A stretch of 10,500 bases of DNA from a virus (Duplodnaviria; Heunggongvirae; Uroviricota; Caudoviricetes): IMG/VR virus record IMGVR_UViG_2703718869_000008, positions 1 through 10,500 of that record. One strand, 5' to 3'. Under the pieces are notes generated by a model. The model was not told where the DNA came from. It was given only the letters and a program-made list of their open reading frames with translations, and did not search any database. Each line of letters opens with the position of its first letter. The first letter of the stretch is position 1. Of this stretch, positions 9,738 through 10,500 are shown in pieces. Position numbers and translations under genes: made by a program.

Positions 9738-10500
9738 GTGAGAGCACTACTGACCCCTGAAATTGCCCCGCGTATGGGGATCGTATTGTTCAGGCCAGGT
9801 TCAGAGCTGATGCCCCTGTTTATGCAGGGGCGTGTCCTGCTGGAGCCTGAGCCGGAACGTTATTCATCTTTCGCTAGTGGTGCCGTTCCGGCGGCATCAC
9901 AACCGCTGGCGGATGATCCTTCCGTTCGGGCCGTGTTCCGCAATGAGGCAGTGATCCGTCGTGCTGGTGGCGTGGAATGTCTTGAAAGCTGGTTACTTCG
10001 TGAAAAAGGCTGCCAGTGGCTTCATTCCGACTGGCACAGCGAGAACATGACCACAATGCGACACGCTCCGGGTGCAATCCGTCTGTGCTGGCACTGCGAT
10101 AACCAGCTGCGCGATCAGTTCACGGAACGGCTGGAATCAATGGCAACGGATAACTGTGCCCGCTGGGTGTTGTCTGTTGTGCGTCGGGATCTCGGTTTTG
10201 ATGACAGTCACGTTGTGACAATGCCGGAACTGTGCTGGTGGCTGATTCGTAATGACCTGGCGGATGCCTTACCGGAAAGTGCAGCCCGTAAGGCACTGAG
10301 ATTACCGAAGCCTGTTGTGCCGTCTGTCACCCGGGAAAGTGACCTTGTGCCTTCGGTTCCTGCCACCAGCATCATCCAGGATAAAGCGAAAAAGGTGCTG
10401 GCGCTGAAAGTGGATCCGGAGTCGCCGGAGTCTTTTATGTTACGCACCAAACGTCGCCGCTGGGTTAATGAAAAGTACACGCGCTGGGTTAAGACGCAGC
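9738..10500 (+). CDS. DUF968 domain protein (nin-region protein, YdfU-like). The C-terminus lies beyond the right edge.
   Basis: Manual translation from GTG 9738 (SD GAGG 9729-9732) gives VRALLTPEIAPRMGIVLFRPGSELMPLF...CLESWLLREKGCQWLHSDWHSENMTTMRHAPGAIRLCWHCDNQL...KRRRWVNEKYTRWVKTQ. The frame stays open to the window end. It is missing from the ORF track because it has no stop within the window. An alternative GTG lies at 9732. Confidence 0.8.
   Translation, partial: MRALLTPEIAPRMGIVLFRPGSELMPLFMQGRVLLEPEPERYSSFASGAVPAASQPLADDPSVRAVFRNEAVIRRAGGVECLESWLLREKGCQWLHSDWHSENMTTMRHAPGAIRLCWHCDNQLRDQFTERLESMATDNCARWVLSVVRRDLGFDDSHVVTMPELCWWLIRNDLADALPESAARKALRLPKPVVPSVTRESDLVPSVPATSIIQDKAKKVLALKVDPESPESFMLRTKRRRWVNEKYTRWVKTQ

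Noticed and set aside
157-10480. The remaining short track ORFs that overlap the called genes on the opposite strand or in other frames. Examples are 157..360, 159..437, 434..661, 689..874, 1380..1625, 1525..1716, 2255..2623, 3611..3853, 4179..4370, 4468..4689, 5149..5361, 6017..6256, 6466..6684, 6935..7120, 7155..7340, 7166..7438, 7392..7604, 7516..7716, 8289..8597, 8345..8545, 8720..9049, 8934..9224, 9446..9676, 9874..10077 and 10208..10480.
   Set aside because: Each lies fully inside a better-supported gene that has an SD, translational coupling or recognisable domains. Their translations are low-complexity with no motif, and none has a convincing ribosome-binding site.
1-10500. A search for CRISPR arrays, IS/transposase ends, integrase/att sites, toxin-antitoxin pairs and classic defence genes (rexAB/sieB-like) next to the repressor.
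   Set aside because: No spaced direct-repeat array is present, no terminal inverted repeats flank a transposase, and there is no integrase. The gap between the repressor and pL is too short (about 170 bp) to hold a rex-like moron.

Overview
This window is the early region (immunity, replication, nin-like) of a lambdoid enterobacterial prophage with e14/CPS-53-like gene content. Nearly all of it is coding. I found no rRNA, tRNA, CRISPR array or IS element.

Layout:
- Leftward (minus-strand) arm: a CI-like HTH+S24 repressor (3481-4107), its terminator, and a putative pL/OL region. Next come a 124-aa excisionase-type HTH protein (2935-3309) and a roughly 410-nt untranslated stretch with a terminator and a large RNA hairpin. 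The arm ends with a yfdP-yfdQ-yfdR-yfdS-like module and the 5' part of a SAM-dependent methyltransferase that runs off the left edge.
- Rightward (plus-strand) arm: a Cro-like protein, a YmfL-like protein, and a problematic 278-codon ORF. These are followed by a small DUF4222-like protein and an O-like replication initiator with internal iterons. Then come a winged-helix/PerC-like protein, a Dam-type N6-adenine methyltransferase and a LexA DNA-binding-domain-only protein. The arm ends with RusA, an SOS box in front of a KilA-N/KilAC antirepressor, and a DUF968 protein that runs off the right edge.

Most interesting observations:
1. The 5024-5860 locus. An alternative reading frame encodes a clear paralog of the next gene. 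A 205-nt segment has no stop triplet in any forward frame. A G GGG GGC heptamer links two of the frames.
2. A phage-encoded, protease-less LexA look-alike sits two genes upstream of a canonical LexA box that guards an antirepressor.
3. Chi octamers are strongly enriched, but only in the rightward arm, in a phage with no recognisable Gam/Red module here.
4. A terminator plus an 89-nt perfect-stem hairpin lies in the leftward operon, where no N-like antiterminator gene is visible.

All functional calls rest on motif recognition and recalled family knowledge. No database search was run.
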